Part shown: positions 50,001 to 64,000 of the stretch, piece by piece
How positions within the stretch are numbered: position 1 is the stretch's first letter
Layout of the letters: every line of letters starts with the position of its first letter
Origin: Eledone cirrhosa
Lineage: Eukaryota
DNA length: 64,000 nt
NCBI GenBank assembly: GCA_964016885.1
Contig: OZ024759.1
Span: 27,094,001 to 27,158,000 of the forward strand
Reading direction: 5' to 3'
The notes under the pieces: generated by a model
Database searches by the model: none
The model's input: only the letters and a program-made list of their open reading frames with translations
Told to the model about the DNA's origin: nothing
Made by a program: the position numbers and the translations under genes

Positions 50001-53000
50001 TCATTTCGCTCTCTCTCTCTCTCGTTTCATTTCGCTCTCTCTGTCTCGTTTCATCTCGCTCTCTCTCTCTCATTTCAACTCGCTCTCTCTCTCTCATTTC
50101 ATCTCGCTCTCTCTCTCTCGTTTCATATCGCTCTCACTCTCTCATTTCATCTCGCTCTCTCTCTCTCGTTTGATCTCGCTCTCACTCTCTCTTCCTCTCT
50201 CTCTCTTGTTTCAACACTCTAATCCCTCACTTGTTTCATCTCTCTCTTATCCCTCACTTGTTTCATCTCTCTCAGAATTATTAGCCACAGGGGCAGAGAT
50301 ATCCATAACATTACATGTCAGAATTATTAGCCACAGGGGCAGAGATGTCCATAACATTACATGACAGATTTATTAGCCACAGGGGCGGAGATGTCCATAA
50401 CATTACATGACGAATTTATTAGCCACAGGGGCAGAGATGTCCATAACATTACATGACAGAATTATTAGCCACAGGGGCAGAGATGTCCATAACATTACAT
50501 GACAGAATTATTTGCCACAGGGGCAGAGATGTACATAACATTACATGACAATTATTAGCCCCAAGGGCAGATATGTCCATAACATTACATGACAATTATT
50601 AGCCCCAAGGGCAGATATGTCCATAACATTACATGACAGACTTTCATCTCGCGCTCTCTCTCTTCCTCTCTCTCGTTTCATCTCGCTCTCTCTCTCTCGT
50701 TTCATCTCGCTCTCTCTCTCGTTTCATCTCGCGCTCTCTCTCTTCCTCTCTCTCGTTTCATCTCGCTCTCTCTCTCTCTCGTTTCATATCTCTCTTCCTC
50801 TCTCTCGTTCCATCTCTCTATTCCTCTCTCTCTCGTTTCATCTAGCTATCACTCTCTCGTTTCATCTCCCTCTATCTCTCTCTCGCTCTCACGTTTCATC
50901 TCTCCCTCCCTCTCATTTCATCTCGCTCTCTCTCTCCGGTTTCATCTCGCTCTCTCTCTCTCCTGTTTCATCTTGCTCTCTACTCTCGTTTCCTCTCTCT
51001 CGTTTCCTCTCTCTCGTTTCCTCTCTCTCTCATTTCCTCTCTCTCTTGTTTCATCTAGCTCTCACTCTCTCGTTTCATCTCGCTCTCTCTGACTCGTTCC
51101 ATCTCGCTCTCACTCTCTCGTTTCATCTCGCTCTCTCTCTCTCATTTCATCTCGCTCTCTCTCTCTCATTTCATCTCGATCTCTCTGTCTCGTTTCATCC
51201 CGCTCTCTCTGTCTCGTTTCATCTCGCTCTCTCTCTCTCATTTCATCTCGCTCTCTCTCTCTCATTTCATCTCGCTCTCTCTCTCTCGTTTCATCTCACT
51301 CTCAATCTCTCATTTCATCTCGCTCTCTCTCTCTCATTTCATCTCGCGCTCTCTCTCTTCCTCTCTCTCGTTTCATCTCGCGCTCTCTCTCTTCCTCTCT
51401 CTCATTTCATCTCGCTCTCTCTCTCTCTCGTTTCATCTTGCGCTCTCTCTCTCTTCCTCTCTCGTTTCATCTCGCTCTCTCTCTCTCATTTCATCTCGAT
51501 CTCTCTGTCTCGTTTCATCCCGCTCTCTCTGTCTCGTTTCATCTCGCTCTCTCTCTCTCATTTCATCTCGCTCTCTCTCTCTCATTTCATCTCGCGCTCT
51601 CTCTCTTCCTCTCTCTCGTTTCATCTCGCGCTCTCTCTCTTCCTCTCTCTCGTTTCATCTCGCTCTCTCTCTCTCTCTCGTTTCATCTTGCGCTCTCTCT
51701 CTTCCTCTCTCTCGTTTCATCTCGATCTCTCTCTGTCTCGTTTCATCTCTGTCTTCCTCTCGCTCGTCCCATCTCTCTCTTCCTCTCTCTCGTTCCATCT
51801 CTCTCTTCCTCTCTCTCGTTTCATCTCTCTCTCTCGTTTCATCTCTGTCTTCCTCTCTCTCGTTCCATCTCCCTCTTCCTCTCTCTCGGTCCATCTCTCT
51901 CTTCCTCTCTCTCGTTTCATCTCTCTCTCTCGTTTCATCTCTATCTCCCGCGTTTCATCTGTCTCTCTCTCTGTCGTTTCATCTCCCTCTATCTCTCTCT
52001 CGCTCTCTCGTTTCATCTCTCTCTCCCTCTCGTTTCATCTCGCTCTCTCTCTCCTGTTTCATCTCGCTCTCTCTCTCCTGTTTCATCTCGCTCTCTACTC
52101 TCGTTTCGTCTCTCTCGTTTCCTCTCTCTCTCGTTTCATCTAGCTCTCCCACTCTCGTTTCATCTCGCTCTCTCTGTCTCGTTCCATCTCGCTCTCACTC
52201 TCTCGTTTCATCTCGCTCTCTCTCTCTCATTTCATCTCGCTCTCTCTCTCTCATTTCATCTCGCTCTCTCTCTCTCGTTTCATCTCGCTCTCTCTGTCTC
52301 GTTTCATCTCGCTCTCGCTCTCTCTGTCTCGTTTCATCCCGCTCTCTCTCTCTCATTTCATCTCGCTCTCTCTCTCTCATTTCATCTCGCTCTCTCTCTC
52401 TCTCTCGTTTCATCTCGCTCTCACTCTCTCATTTCATCTCGCTCTCTCTCGTTTGATTTCGCTCTCACTCTCTCTTCTATCTCTCTCTCTTGTTTCAACA
52501 CTCTAATCCCTCACTCTTTTCATCTCTCTCAGAATTATTAGCCACAGGGGCAGAGATGTCCATAACATTACATGTCAGAATTATTAGCCACAGGGGCAGA
52601 GATGTCCATAACATTACATGACAGATTTATTAGCCACAGGGGCAGAGATGTCCATAACATTACATGACGAATTTATTAGCCACAGGGTCAGAGATGTCCA
52701 TAACATTACATGTCAGAATTATTAGCTACAGGGGCAGAGATGTCCATAACATTACATGTCAGAATTATTAGCCACAGGGGCAGAGATGTCCATAACATTA
52801 CATGACAGATTTATTAGCCACAGGGGCAGAGATGTCCGTAACATTAAATGACAGATTTATTAGCCACAGGGGCAGAGATTCCATAACATTACATGTCAGA
52901 ATTATTAGCCACAGGGGCAGAGATTTCCATAACATTACATGACAGAATTATTAGCCACAGGGGCAGAGATGTCCATAACATTACATGACAGAATTATTAG

Positions 53001-54274
53001 CCACAGGGGCAGAGATGTCCATAACATTACATGACAATTATTAGCCCCAGGGGCAGATATGTCCATGACAGAGTTTCATCTCTCGCTCTCTCTCTTCCTC
53101 TCTCTCGTTTCATCTCGCTCTCTCTCTCGTTTCATCTCGCTCTCTCTCTCTCTCGTTTCACCTCTGTCTTCTTCTCTCTCGTTTCATCTCTCTCTTCCTC
53201 TCTCTCGTTCTATCTCTCTCTTCCTCTCTCTCGTTTCATCTCTCTCTCTCGTTTCATCTCTATATCCCTCGTTTCATCTGTCTCTCTCTCTGTCGTTTCA
53301 TTTCCCTCTATCTCTCTCTCGCTCTCTCGTTTCATCTCTCTCTCCCTCTCGTTTCATCTCGCTCTCTCTCTCCTGTTTCATCTCGATCTCTCTCTCCTGT
53401 TTCATCTCGCTCTCTACTCACGTTTCCTCTCTCTCGTTTCCTCTCTTTCTCGTTTCATCTCTCTCTCGTTTCATCTCTCTATGTCTCATTTCATCTCGCT
53501 CTCTCTCTCTCTCATTTCATCTCGTTCTCTCTCTCTCTCATTTCATCTCGCTCTCACTCTCTCGTTTCATCTCGCTCTCTCACTCTCGTTTCATCTCGCA
53601 CTCTCTCTCTCGTTTCATCTCTCTCTCTCTCTCTCTCTCATTTCATCTCGCTCTCTGTCTCGTGTCATCTCGCTCTCTCTGTCTCTCGTTTCATCTCGCT
53701 CTCACTCTCTCGTTTCATCTCACTCTAACTCTCTCATTTCATCTCGCTCTCCCTGTCTCGTTTCATCTCGCTCCCACTCTCTCATTTCATCTCACTCTCT
53801 TTCTCTCATTTCATCTCGCTCTCTCGCTCTTGTTTCAACACTCTAATCCCTCACTTGTTTCATCTCTCTCTAATCCCTCACTTGTTTCATCTCTCTCTTG
53901 TTTCAATTCTTTCTCTCTCTCTCTCTCTCACTCTCTCTCTCTCTCTCTCTCTCTCTTTCTATCCCCTCTCTCTTTCTCTCCCCTCTCTCTGTTGTTTCAT
54001 CCCTCACCCTCTTGTTTCATCCCCTTCTCTCCCTCTCTCTCTCTTCCCCTCTATCTCTATTCCTCTCTCTCATCCCCTCTCTCTCTCTTCCTCTCTCTCT
54101 CTCTCTTCCTCTCTCCCCTCACCCTCTTGTTTCAACTCTCTCCTCGTTTCAACTCTCTCCTCGTTTCAACTCTCTCTCTCTCCTCTCGTTTCAACTCTCT
54201 CTCTCTCCTCGTGTTTCAACCATCTCCTCTCTTGTTTCAACTCTCTCACCTCTCGTTTCAACTCTCTCTCTCTC
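47053..54274 (-). repeat. Composite satellite inverted arm, copy 2
   Basis: Colinear with 7943-15105; same switch sequence ggctaataaatc|agaattattagcc. Confidence 0.97.
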
Positions 54275-57200
54275 TGTGTCTCCAATGTGTATACCGATAT
54301 ATATACCGAAGAATGTACATAAACACACATGCATACACGCATGTGTATATATATATACATACATGTGTCTCTCTCTCTCCCTATATATATGTACATATGT
54401 GTAAATATGTACATACATATTAGTGTATATATATTGCTATCTATATGCATATTTGTATTAATTATACTGTATGGTGAATTGGCAGTATCGGTAGAGGGTC
54501 TGACGCCATGCTTTCCAGCATAGTTACGTCCCTTTACGATCCGAGGTCAACTTTGCCTTTCATCCTTACGGGGTCGATAAAATAAAGTACCAGTAATGTA
54601 CTGGTTAATTACTGACCTTGTGCCTAAAATAGAAACAATTATTAGTTCAAAGAGAAACCACCATCATAGAGAAACCACCGTCCTACCTGAAATATTATGT
54701 TATCATATTAAATATTTCTTATACTGTCATGTTTTTTCTTTAAAACGATTGCATTTCAATAAAGTGAAGAAAACTATTATATACTGTTGTTATATCATTA
54801 TACTTTAGTTTTAACTTATTATTTCTATGTGTATAAATATAATGTATGTAAGTGTGTTTGAAAATATATAATAATAATATGCATGTTTGAAGCAGGGTTC
54901 AACTGAAATATCTACACCGGTAACTTAATTAGTGTTACACCTTAGGCATAAACTATTTGGCATTCTTTGAAGGAGGTACTAGGTTTTTCACTGTCTTAAA
55001 TGGAGTATACACGCGCACACAATGCATATATATAAATTGTTTTTCTCTGTACAAAGAGATTGACATCATTTCTTAAATCATTATTTAGGGTTTTACAACA
55101 AAACATATTGTATGTGTAATTATACAAATTGAATTTAAGTATTTATTTTAAAATTTTACATACACTTTAGTAGTATATATATATATATATATATTCATTT
55201 GTGATGCCATGCATTGTATTGTACACTTCGACATATGAATTACGTTCATGCAACACTTCTCTTATCATAGCCATTTTTTGTGGTGAGCAGTCATTATTTG
55301 TTGGTACTAGGGCAGTGGATTGGCAGTATCGGTAGAGCGCCAGACACCATGCTTTACAGCATAGGGTTATGGCCATTTACGTTCTGGGTTCAAATCTCTC
55401 CAAGGTTGACTTTGTTTTCATCCTTATGAGGTCGATAGAATAAAGTACCAGTAATTGCTGGCCTTGTGCCAGAAACAATTATTTGGTTGTACTTCCAATC
55501 TGTGCTACACACCTTCGTTCCCATCAATAATATATAACTGGCCATATTGTGGTGTATTTTCTGCAGGTTACAGAGATGGGGGTGTAGTGATATGTTTGAC
55601 CCTGAATATGAAAGCTATACGGGCCTCTGCCGGGTGGTAACACCAAATGAAGTGAAATAAATGTAGTTTTAATTGCAGATGTTTCTGTGAAATCAACTGC
55701 TTCCTGGCCTCTTTCAAAGAGATTTCTCAGTCTCTCAGGGTATATTTGCAATGGTGGCAACACAACCTTTCCTTTATTACAACAGTTACAATTTTCATTT
55801 CTAAATTTCAAAGCTCCACAGTGATCACACGAAACATTCATATCACTAATATGAAATTCTTCTACATTTCCATTAATATTAATTGTTGGCCAATTTCTCT
55901 TACAACGCTCATTATCCATTCTTCTCTGTCTGAATGTTTTCCATTCTGTTGTTTATTATGTAATTAAATAGCTCTGTACAATACATAGAGCATTCTTCTT
56001 TTCTTTACCTTTTCTATGGAAATACAAGAACAAACATGTAAATATATATATATATGTATATACATAAACAAGACTGTTATTGCTCCAACCAGTCTATTTA
56101 CCTTTGATAACTATCCTAAATATAAATACACCTATACCATACATACATATATCATATATGTTTTTGATGCCGTGGTATAACAGAGATAAGCAAGAAGAGA
56201 AAAGAAAATGAAAAGGAGAAAAAAAAAGAAGTAAGAAGTCGGGGGAGGGACAGACACTTCACCCCAGTCTAAGTGGTCCCTCAGCCGCAACCTGTGGAAG
56301 AAACTTAAAAGCGTTACCTCGGAGCAAGGCCAGAGACACCTGCTACAATAGTCGCCCCTCCTCATGAGGCTCCTGTCATCTTTCCTCCCGACTTTATGGA
56401 GGAAATCAGCAGTACAGGGACCAAGTATGGCAGAGGTCTCAATGGAGTGGAAGAGGTGAGTCAGGCCTTGGTACTATCTTACTATCCTCTGCATTGCGGG
56501 GTGTGGAGCCTAGGTTTGTGGCTGTAGCTATATTTGAACTTTTATATGAAATTTCAGTTTTATATTTTTCACATCATAAAACTTAATCTTAGTCTTTTGC
56601 AGCTCATCTTGTTTCATCTCGCAGCACACGATTTGGGAACCACTGCTCTAGAGATAGAAAAAGTATATTTTATGCAGGGCTTCCCTGAGACATAAAAACT
56701 ATTTCAAGAGATCGACATGGGTAGAAAGGTTGAGAAATGCTGCACAATGTTCTTTGGTTTTTGTTCACCTTTAAATAATCATGTATAAAATATCGGGTGT
56801 GCAAGATTTCATGAAAAGGTATAACATTTTTTATGCTGGTCTTGCAGGGACTAGCTCCAATTGAGAGTTGTACCAATTCCCACTAAACTCGAAACTCCTG
56901 GACAATATATACATATCTTTATAAGTTCCTGTGTATTGTGTCGCTGTATAATGAAACATAAATATATACCATGCATGTCAGTCAGATTTGAACTCACTAT
57001 ATTTGGCGTTTTATAGACATAATTTGTTTGTTAAAACAATTGATTAAATAATAACTAAATAAAATTAATTCTACAATCCTGGATAGGGAATGAACTTATA
57101 ACTTCATAATAGAAGCCATCTATTCGAGCAGTATTGCCATCTAAGCCACCAGGTTACCTACAGAACTTCATTCAAATATAAAATATAAAATATATGCCAG

Positions 57201-57531
57201 ACATAGTGAGTTCGAATCTGACTGATTAGTTGGTCATTGTCCCAGCCAACAGTTTAAATCGCCAACCAGTAGGTGACATCGACTAGGTTGGGAAAACTTG
57301 GTTAAGTAGCTCCAGTTATTGCTACGTTAGACATATTCAAGACTTATCGACACCGAATGGAAGAAAGGTAAAGTTGAACTCAGAGTAAAGAACAGGAAAA
57401 ATACTGCAAAGAATGCTATCTGATGTTCTAACAATTCTACCAAATTACCTTATGTATATATATTTATATCTAGAGATAAGAAGAAAACTGAAAGAAAGAA
57501 AAGAAAAAAAATGAGACCTTATATGTAACCC

Positions 57532-58419
57532 ATGTTACAACTCAATATATATATATTTGGGTTGTAACATATTCCCGCCGGTGAAATAAAAATTTTAATA
57601 GAAAAACGGCGGGAATATATGTTACAACCCAATCTATATATATTTGAGTTGTAACATATATTCCCGCCGTTGAAATAAAAATTTTAATAGAAAAACGGCG
57701 GGAATATATGTTACAATCCAATCTAGATATATTTGGGTTGTAACATATATTCCCGCCGTTGAAATAAAAATTTTAATAGAAAACCGGCGGGAATATATGT
57801 TACAACCCAATCTATATATATTTGGGATGTAACATATATTCCCGCCGTTGAAATAAAAATTTTAATAGAAAAACGGCGGGAATATATGTTGCAACCCAAT
57901 CTACATATATTTGGGTTGTAACATATATTCCCGCCGTTGAAATAAAAATTTTAATAGAAATACGGCGGGAATATATGTTACAACCCAATCTATATATGTT
58001 TGGGTTGTAACATATATTCCCGCCGTTTTTCTATTAAAATTTTTATTTCAACGGCGGGAATATATGTTACAACCCAAATATTTATAGATAGGGTTGTAAC
58101 ATATATTCCCGCCGTTTTTCTATTAAAATTTTTATTTCGACGGCGGGAATATGTTACAACCCAAATATATATAGATTGGGTTGTAACATATATTCCCGCC
58201 GTTTTTCTATTAAAATTTTTATTTCAACGGCGGGAATATATGTTACAACTCAAATATATATAGATTGGGTTGTAACATATATTCCCGCCGTTTTTCTATT
58301 AAAATATTTATTTCAACGGCGGGAATATATGTTACAACCCAAAAATATGTAGATTGGGTTGTAACATATATTCTCGCCGTTTTTCTATTAAAATTTTTAT
58401 TTCACCGGCGGGAATATAT
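57532..58419. repeat. 89-bp fold-back array, copy 2 (5 forward + 5 reverse)
   Basis: 178 bp (2 units) shorter than 18363-19428; the inter-copy offset drops from 39169 to 38991. Confidence 0.95.
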
Positions 58420-58793
58420 ACCCTGAGAGACTGAGAAATCTCTTTCAAAGAGATTTCTCAGTCTCTCAGGGTATATTTGCAATGGTGGCAACACAACCTT
58501 TCCTTTTTTACAACAGTTACAATTTTCATTTCTAAATTTCAAAGCTCCACAGTGATCACACGAAACATTCATATCACTAATATGAAATTCTTCTACATTT
58601 CCATTAATATTAATTGTTGGCCAATTTCTCTTACGACGCTCATTATCGATTCTTCTCTGTCTGAATGTTTTCCATTCTAAGTCTATTTGCATGGAATAAT
58701 TATATTCTGTTGTTTATTATGTAATTAAATAGCTCTGTACAATACATAGAGCATTCTTCTTTTCTTTACCTTTTCTATGGAAATACAAGAACA

Positions 58794-58848
<55 letters not shown>

Positions 58849-61800
58849 ATATACATAAACAAGACTGTTATTGCTCCAACCAGTCTATTTATCTTTGATA
58901 ACTATCCTAGATATAAATACACCTATACCATACATACATATATCATATATGTTTTTGATGCCGTGGTATAGCAGAGATAAGCAAGAAGAGAAAAGAAAAT
59001 GAAAAGGAGAAAAAAAAAGAAGTAAGAAGTCGGGGGAGGGACAGACACTTCACCCCAGTCTAAGTGGTCCCTCAGCCGCAACCTGTGGAAGAAACGTAAA
59101 AGCGTTACCTCAGAGCAAGGCCAGAGACACCTGCAACAATAGTCGCCCCTCCTCATGAGGCTCCTGTCGTCTTTCCTCCCGACTTTATGAAGGAAATCAG
59201 CAGTACAGGGACCAAGTATGGCAGAGGTCTCAATGGAGTGGAAGAGGTGAGTCAGGCCTTGGTACTATCTTACTATCCTCTGCATTGCGGGGTGTGGAGC
59301 CTAGGTTTGTGGCTGTAGCTATATTTGAACTTTTATATGAAATTTCAGTTTTATTTTTTTCACATCATAAAACTTAATCTTAGTCTTTTGCAGCTCATCT
59401 TGTTTCATCTCGCAGCACACGATTTGGGAACCACTGCTCTAGAGATAGAAAAAGTATATTTTATGCAGGACTTCCCTGAGACATAAAAACTATTTCCAGA
59501 GATCGACATGGGTAGAAAGGTTGAGAAATGCTGCACAATGTTCTTTGGTTTTTGTTCACCTTTAAATAATCATGTATAAAATATCGGGTGTGCAAGATTT
59601 CATGAAAAGGTATAACATTATTTATGCTGATCTTGCAGGGACTAGCTCCAATTGAGAGTTGTACCAATTCCCACTAAACTCGAAACTCCTGGACAATATA
59701 TACATATCTTTATAAGTTCCTGTGTATTGTGTCGTTGTATAATGAAACATAAATACATACCATGCATGTCAGTCAGATTTGAACTCACTATATTTGGCGT
59801 TTTATAGATATAATTTGTTTGTTAAAACAATTGATTAAATAATAACTAAATAAAATTAATTCTACAATCCTGGATAGGGAATGAACTTATAACTTCATAA
59901 TAGAAGCCATCTATTCGAGCAGTATTGCCATCTAAGCCACCAGGTTACTTACAGAACTTCATTCAAATATAAAATATAAAATATATGCCAGACATAGTGA
60001 GTTCGAATCTGACTGATTAGTTGGTCATTGTCCCAGCCAACAGTTTAAATCGCCAACCAGTAGGTGACATCGACTAGGTTGGGAAAACTTGGTTAAGTAG
60101 CTCCAGTTATTGCTACGTTAGACATATTCAAGACTTATCGACACCGAATGGAAGAAAGGTAAAGTTGAACTCAGAGTAAAGAACTGGAAAAATACTGCAA
60201 AGAATTCTATCTGATGTTCTAACAATTCTACCAAATTACCTTATGTATATATATTTATATCTAGAGATAAGAAGAAAACTGAAAGAAAGAAAAATGAGAC
60301 CTTATATGTAACCCATGACCAGGATTGAAACCGAAACCATGACTACCACCATCTCTGGTATCACCCACCAGACCACCATGAAAGATACAAACATCTGCTT
60401 TTTTAATATTTATAAGCCTACTTTCAATATTAAAGTAATTAACATGTGGTGTTGTTCATGCCTTTCTCTATGTTATTGGTAAAAAATAAAGTATTTAAAC
60501 CTCAAATTTTGTTATTCAAATATGCTTGCTTATGTAATTATAAATGTCGCAGAATACACACACATATATAGATGTGAAAATATTCAGGACCCCAACGGCT
60601 GTGCTACTGCCGTTTCGACATCTATATATATATCTTTTAGTCCTAGCTCTTTCAGCGCAGAAAGAATTCTCCAATGATCACAACCAGCTAATGGTGCCCA
60701 GTGGAAGCACTTTAGTCTAATTATAACCCCAACGATCACGATTAGCGGCGGCTTTTTCGAGTCTGAGGTTGACTGCCAGATATATATATATATCTATATA
60801 TATATATATATTTTTTTATACTTTGCTAGAATCCCGGAGAACAACAGAAAGATGCTGAGTTCAGAGTTTAAAAAACATGTCCCCCTTTAATATAAAAACA
60901 ATCCGAGTCTTGTAAAAGTGTTATTACTGTAATATAAAGTAGAAACCCTTTATTTAAACAAAGCTGAGATGCAGCGATCATCAAAGCAAACCCCAAAATG
61001 TAAACAAACTTCTCGCAGGTGCTGGCAGATACACGATAACATGTGTATACGAAGTGTAACAGGGAGTTGGGTCGTATTATATGACTTTGAAATTGACCCC
61101 TATTATATTCAAATTATCCCCTGTGGGGCGTGCACCCCACGTTGAGAATCCCTCATAAATAAATATATGTGAGTGTGTTGCTATGACTGCTATTTCTAGC
61201 AGGTTTACTGCAGTCCTGTAGACGCACAACAAAAACCGGAAGTGGCAGCCATTAAAAAACTTTGGCTTAAAATCAGGCAAAAGTTTTTTAACAATTTGCC
61301 AAGAAAGATAACTCTTGTCTTACTTAATCGCAAAAATCGAGGCAAAAAATGTTGCGGGTGTGCAGTTTGTTTGGTGTATTTGACTGCTATTTCTAGCATA
61401 TATGGACACTTTAGAAATAGCAGCGAAACACGGGAAACATAAGAAAGAAGGACACACACGTATATATATATACATATATATATGCACAGATATATACATT
61501 TAAATATATATATTTATATATACATATATATATGCACAGATATATACATTTAAATATATATATTTATATATACATACACGCGCGCACACACACCTATACG
61601 TAGATATGGGTGTGTGTATAGCTGGTATATATATATATATGTATGGGTGAGTGTATAGCTGGTATATATTATATATATATATATAGGTGTGTGTCCTTCT
61701 TTCTGCTGTTTTCCGTTTTTCGCTGCTATTTCTAAAGTGTCCATACATGCTAGAAATAGCAGTCATAGCAACACACTCACATATATTTATTTATGAGGGA

Positions 61801-64000
61801 TTCTCAACGTGGGGTGCACGCCCCACAGGGGATAATTTGAATATCCCCCTCTTTATATCAATTAGCACTAACTCTCTCCCTCTCTATATCTACTACACGG
61901 CACTCTCTTCCAATACCCCTCTCTATATGAAGTAACACCAAACTCTCCCCCTCTCTATATATTAAGCACTAAGTCAGGAATTTTTTTCTTCTTTCGTGCA
62001 GAGAGAGTAAAGTTGATTAAATCTACTGCAGTGAATTACTGGTATTTTATTTAATAAAAATTAAAATTTACTATTTGTCTTCGTTTAATTTTCGTTTTTC
62101 TTTACATAGTTTCGTTTCGTTAAATGTCTCCAGAATTTGTTTTTACTTTTACCGGATATTGAAGGTGTAAACTTGGTGTTGTCTAGAAACGTGTTAGAAA
62201 TATTTTTCTTTTAATTGTGAAGAATTTAACCGCAAAGTAAGTTTTTTTTACTGTTTATTTGTGGCTGGGACAACGTATGGTATGTGTTAATGTAAATGGT
62301 GAAGGTTTAAAGATTCTTTTTACAACTGAAAATCAGTTTGTTGTTGCTGCTAATTACTTAACGCATGGAATAGATTAAAAAAATACAGGATTGTTTCTCG
62401 GAAGAGAGAAAGAAGAAACAACAAATCACAGAAGCGGGTAGCACACACATTTGGGACCACATACAACACAAAAACAGGTAATCCACACATCTGGGACCAC
62501 ATACAACACACCAGCAGGTAATACATACATCTAGGACCACATAAGCAGGTAATACACACATCTAGGACCACATACAACACACAAGCAGGTAATACACACA
62601 TCTAGGACGACATACAACCAAAGGCAGGCGAAAGGGGTGGACAAACGAGCTGCTACTAGATCAAAAGATAACAGTATCGCGAGGAGCACTGGGAAACTTC
62701 TCTAATGATTTTTTTAGGCAAGCCAGCACGTCTGCAGCGTTACCTCGGGCGATGGCGAGGCTGAGGAGCTGGAACAACCAAGTGCCCTCACGAGCTTCAC
62801 CAGTCACCTTCGTCAGGCTAGCCGCCAGTGAAGATAGGAATCTCGCAGTCAGTATCCCGACTCCTTCAAACGCCACAGGCTGGAAAATGTAGTTGGCCGA
62901 CAGATCACAGTATTACTTAACAGTGATAGATATTCTGTCTAAAGGAGGGGCGTGCAACAGGCGGCCCGCGGGCCACAATCGAGCCCACCTGACCAGTCAG
63001 AGTGGCCCGCAATGACTCTTGTAGGCTTATTTAGAATTTTTTCCATACCCGTAATACTTCTGTTAGTTGACCTATACTAAAGGACTTCACTGATAGGGTT
63101 ATATGTGTTATAATTTCCCAGTTGACCTATACTAAAGGACTTCACTGATAGGGTTATATGTGTTATAGTTTCCCAGTTGACCTATACTAAAGGGCTTCAC
63201 TGATAGAGTTATATGTGTTATAGTTTCCCAGAGGGCTTCACTGATAGGGTTATATGTGTTATAGTTTCCCAGTTGACCTATACTAAAGGACTTCACTGAT
63301 AGGGTTATATGTGTTATAGTTTCCCAGTTGACCTATACTAAAGGACTTCACTGATAGGGTTATATGTGTTATCGTTTCCCAGTTGACCTATACTAAAGGG
63401 CTTCACTGATAGAGTTATATGTGTTATAGTTTGAAACAAACTACCTGCATCAGTTATTATACTTTTATAACACCGCTATATTACCTACATGAAAGAGGTA
63501 AATATTTATTTCTCTTGTCTTCTTAAATGTATAGAACATTTTTCTTATATATATTCTTAACATAGCTAGGACCGTTTATTATTTACTAGTCTCTACTCCT
63601 AGGACTTTGCTGGTCTCATGTCCCCTCCATCAACACACACTCGGTAGAAAGCTGGTCGTCGGATGTAAAGTGGCCCTGATTACAGGTCTAGTATTGAAGC
63701 CTTTCGGCTTGAGCCTTGCTGATGCCGACACAGTTCCTGTGGTAGTTTTGGTAGCACAGGTGACATTTTATTGTGTTTAGGTACCGGCTAGTGCGGACAC
63801 AGAGAGCACAACCAGGTGGTGAGCTGGCAACGACCAAGTGTAGAGGGCCAGCTTTGAAATTCGAGCGACGGAGTGAACTAGTAAAAGAGGCAGGGTAAGC
63901 AGCATTGGTTCTAACGGTGGGACTAGAACGGAGGTTGGGTGGTGCTGGGGGTGGGCTAACAGCTAACAGTTGTAGGAGTGGTGGGGGTTTGCTAGGATTA

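Larger units (their letters stand above)
39139..64000. repeat. ~39.1-kb tandem segmental repeat, copy 2 (partial; equals 1-24969)
   Basis: Colinear with copy 1, with scattered SNPs and repeat-unit indels. The window end (gctaggatta) matches 24960-24969. Confidence 0.97.

Overview
Eukaryotic, repeat-saturated DNA with no intact gene. SINE sequence suggests an octopus/cephalopod host (inference). The window holds about 1.6 copies of a near-identical ~39.1-kb tandem unit (1-39138, then 39139-64000, which matches 1-24969). Each 39-kb unit contains diverged ~9.5-10-kb subunits: a dead minus-strand Helitron Rep/PIF1 gene plus passenger DNA (tRNA-SINEs, hAT-Charlie ends, a CRE/RLE-type LINE 3' piece, MITE-like inverted repeats, a 55-bp minisatellite). 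The dominant feature is a ~14.7-kb two-tier satellite in which blocks of a 46-bp monomer alternate with GA-rich blocks built on GCGAGATGAAAC(GA)n. It switches strand abruptly at 7942/7943 and again at 47052/47053. A one-module version of it sits inside the Helitron gene at 26571-29126, and an empty site is visible at ~38613. Fold-back structure recurs at three scales: a 61-bp perfect palindrome, a ~1-kb flipped array of 89-bp palindromic units, and the 14.7-kb inverted satellite. The many Ser/Leu- and Glu/Arg-rich ORFs are repeat artefacts. All coordinates were read by eye.
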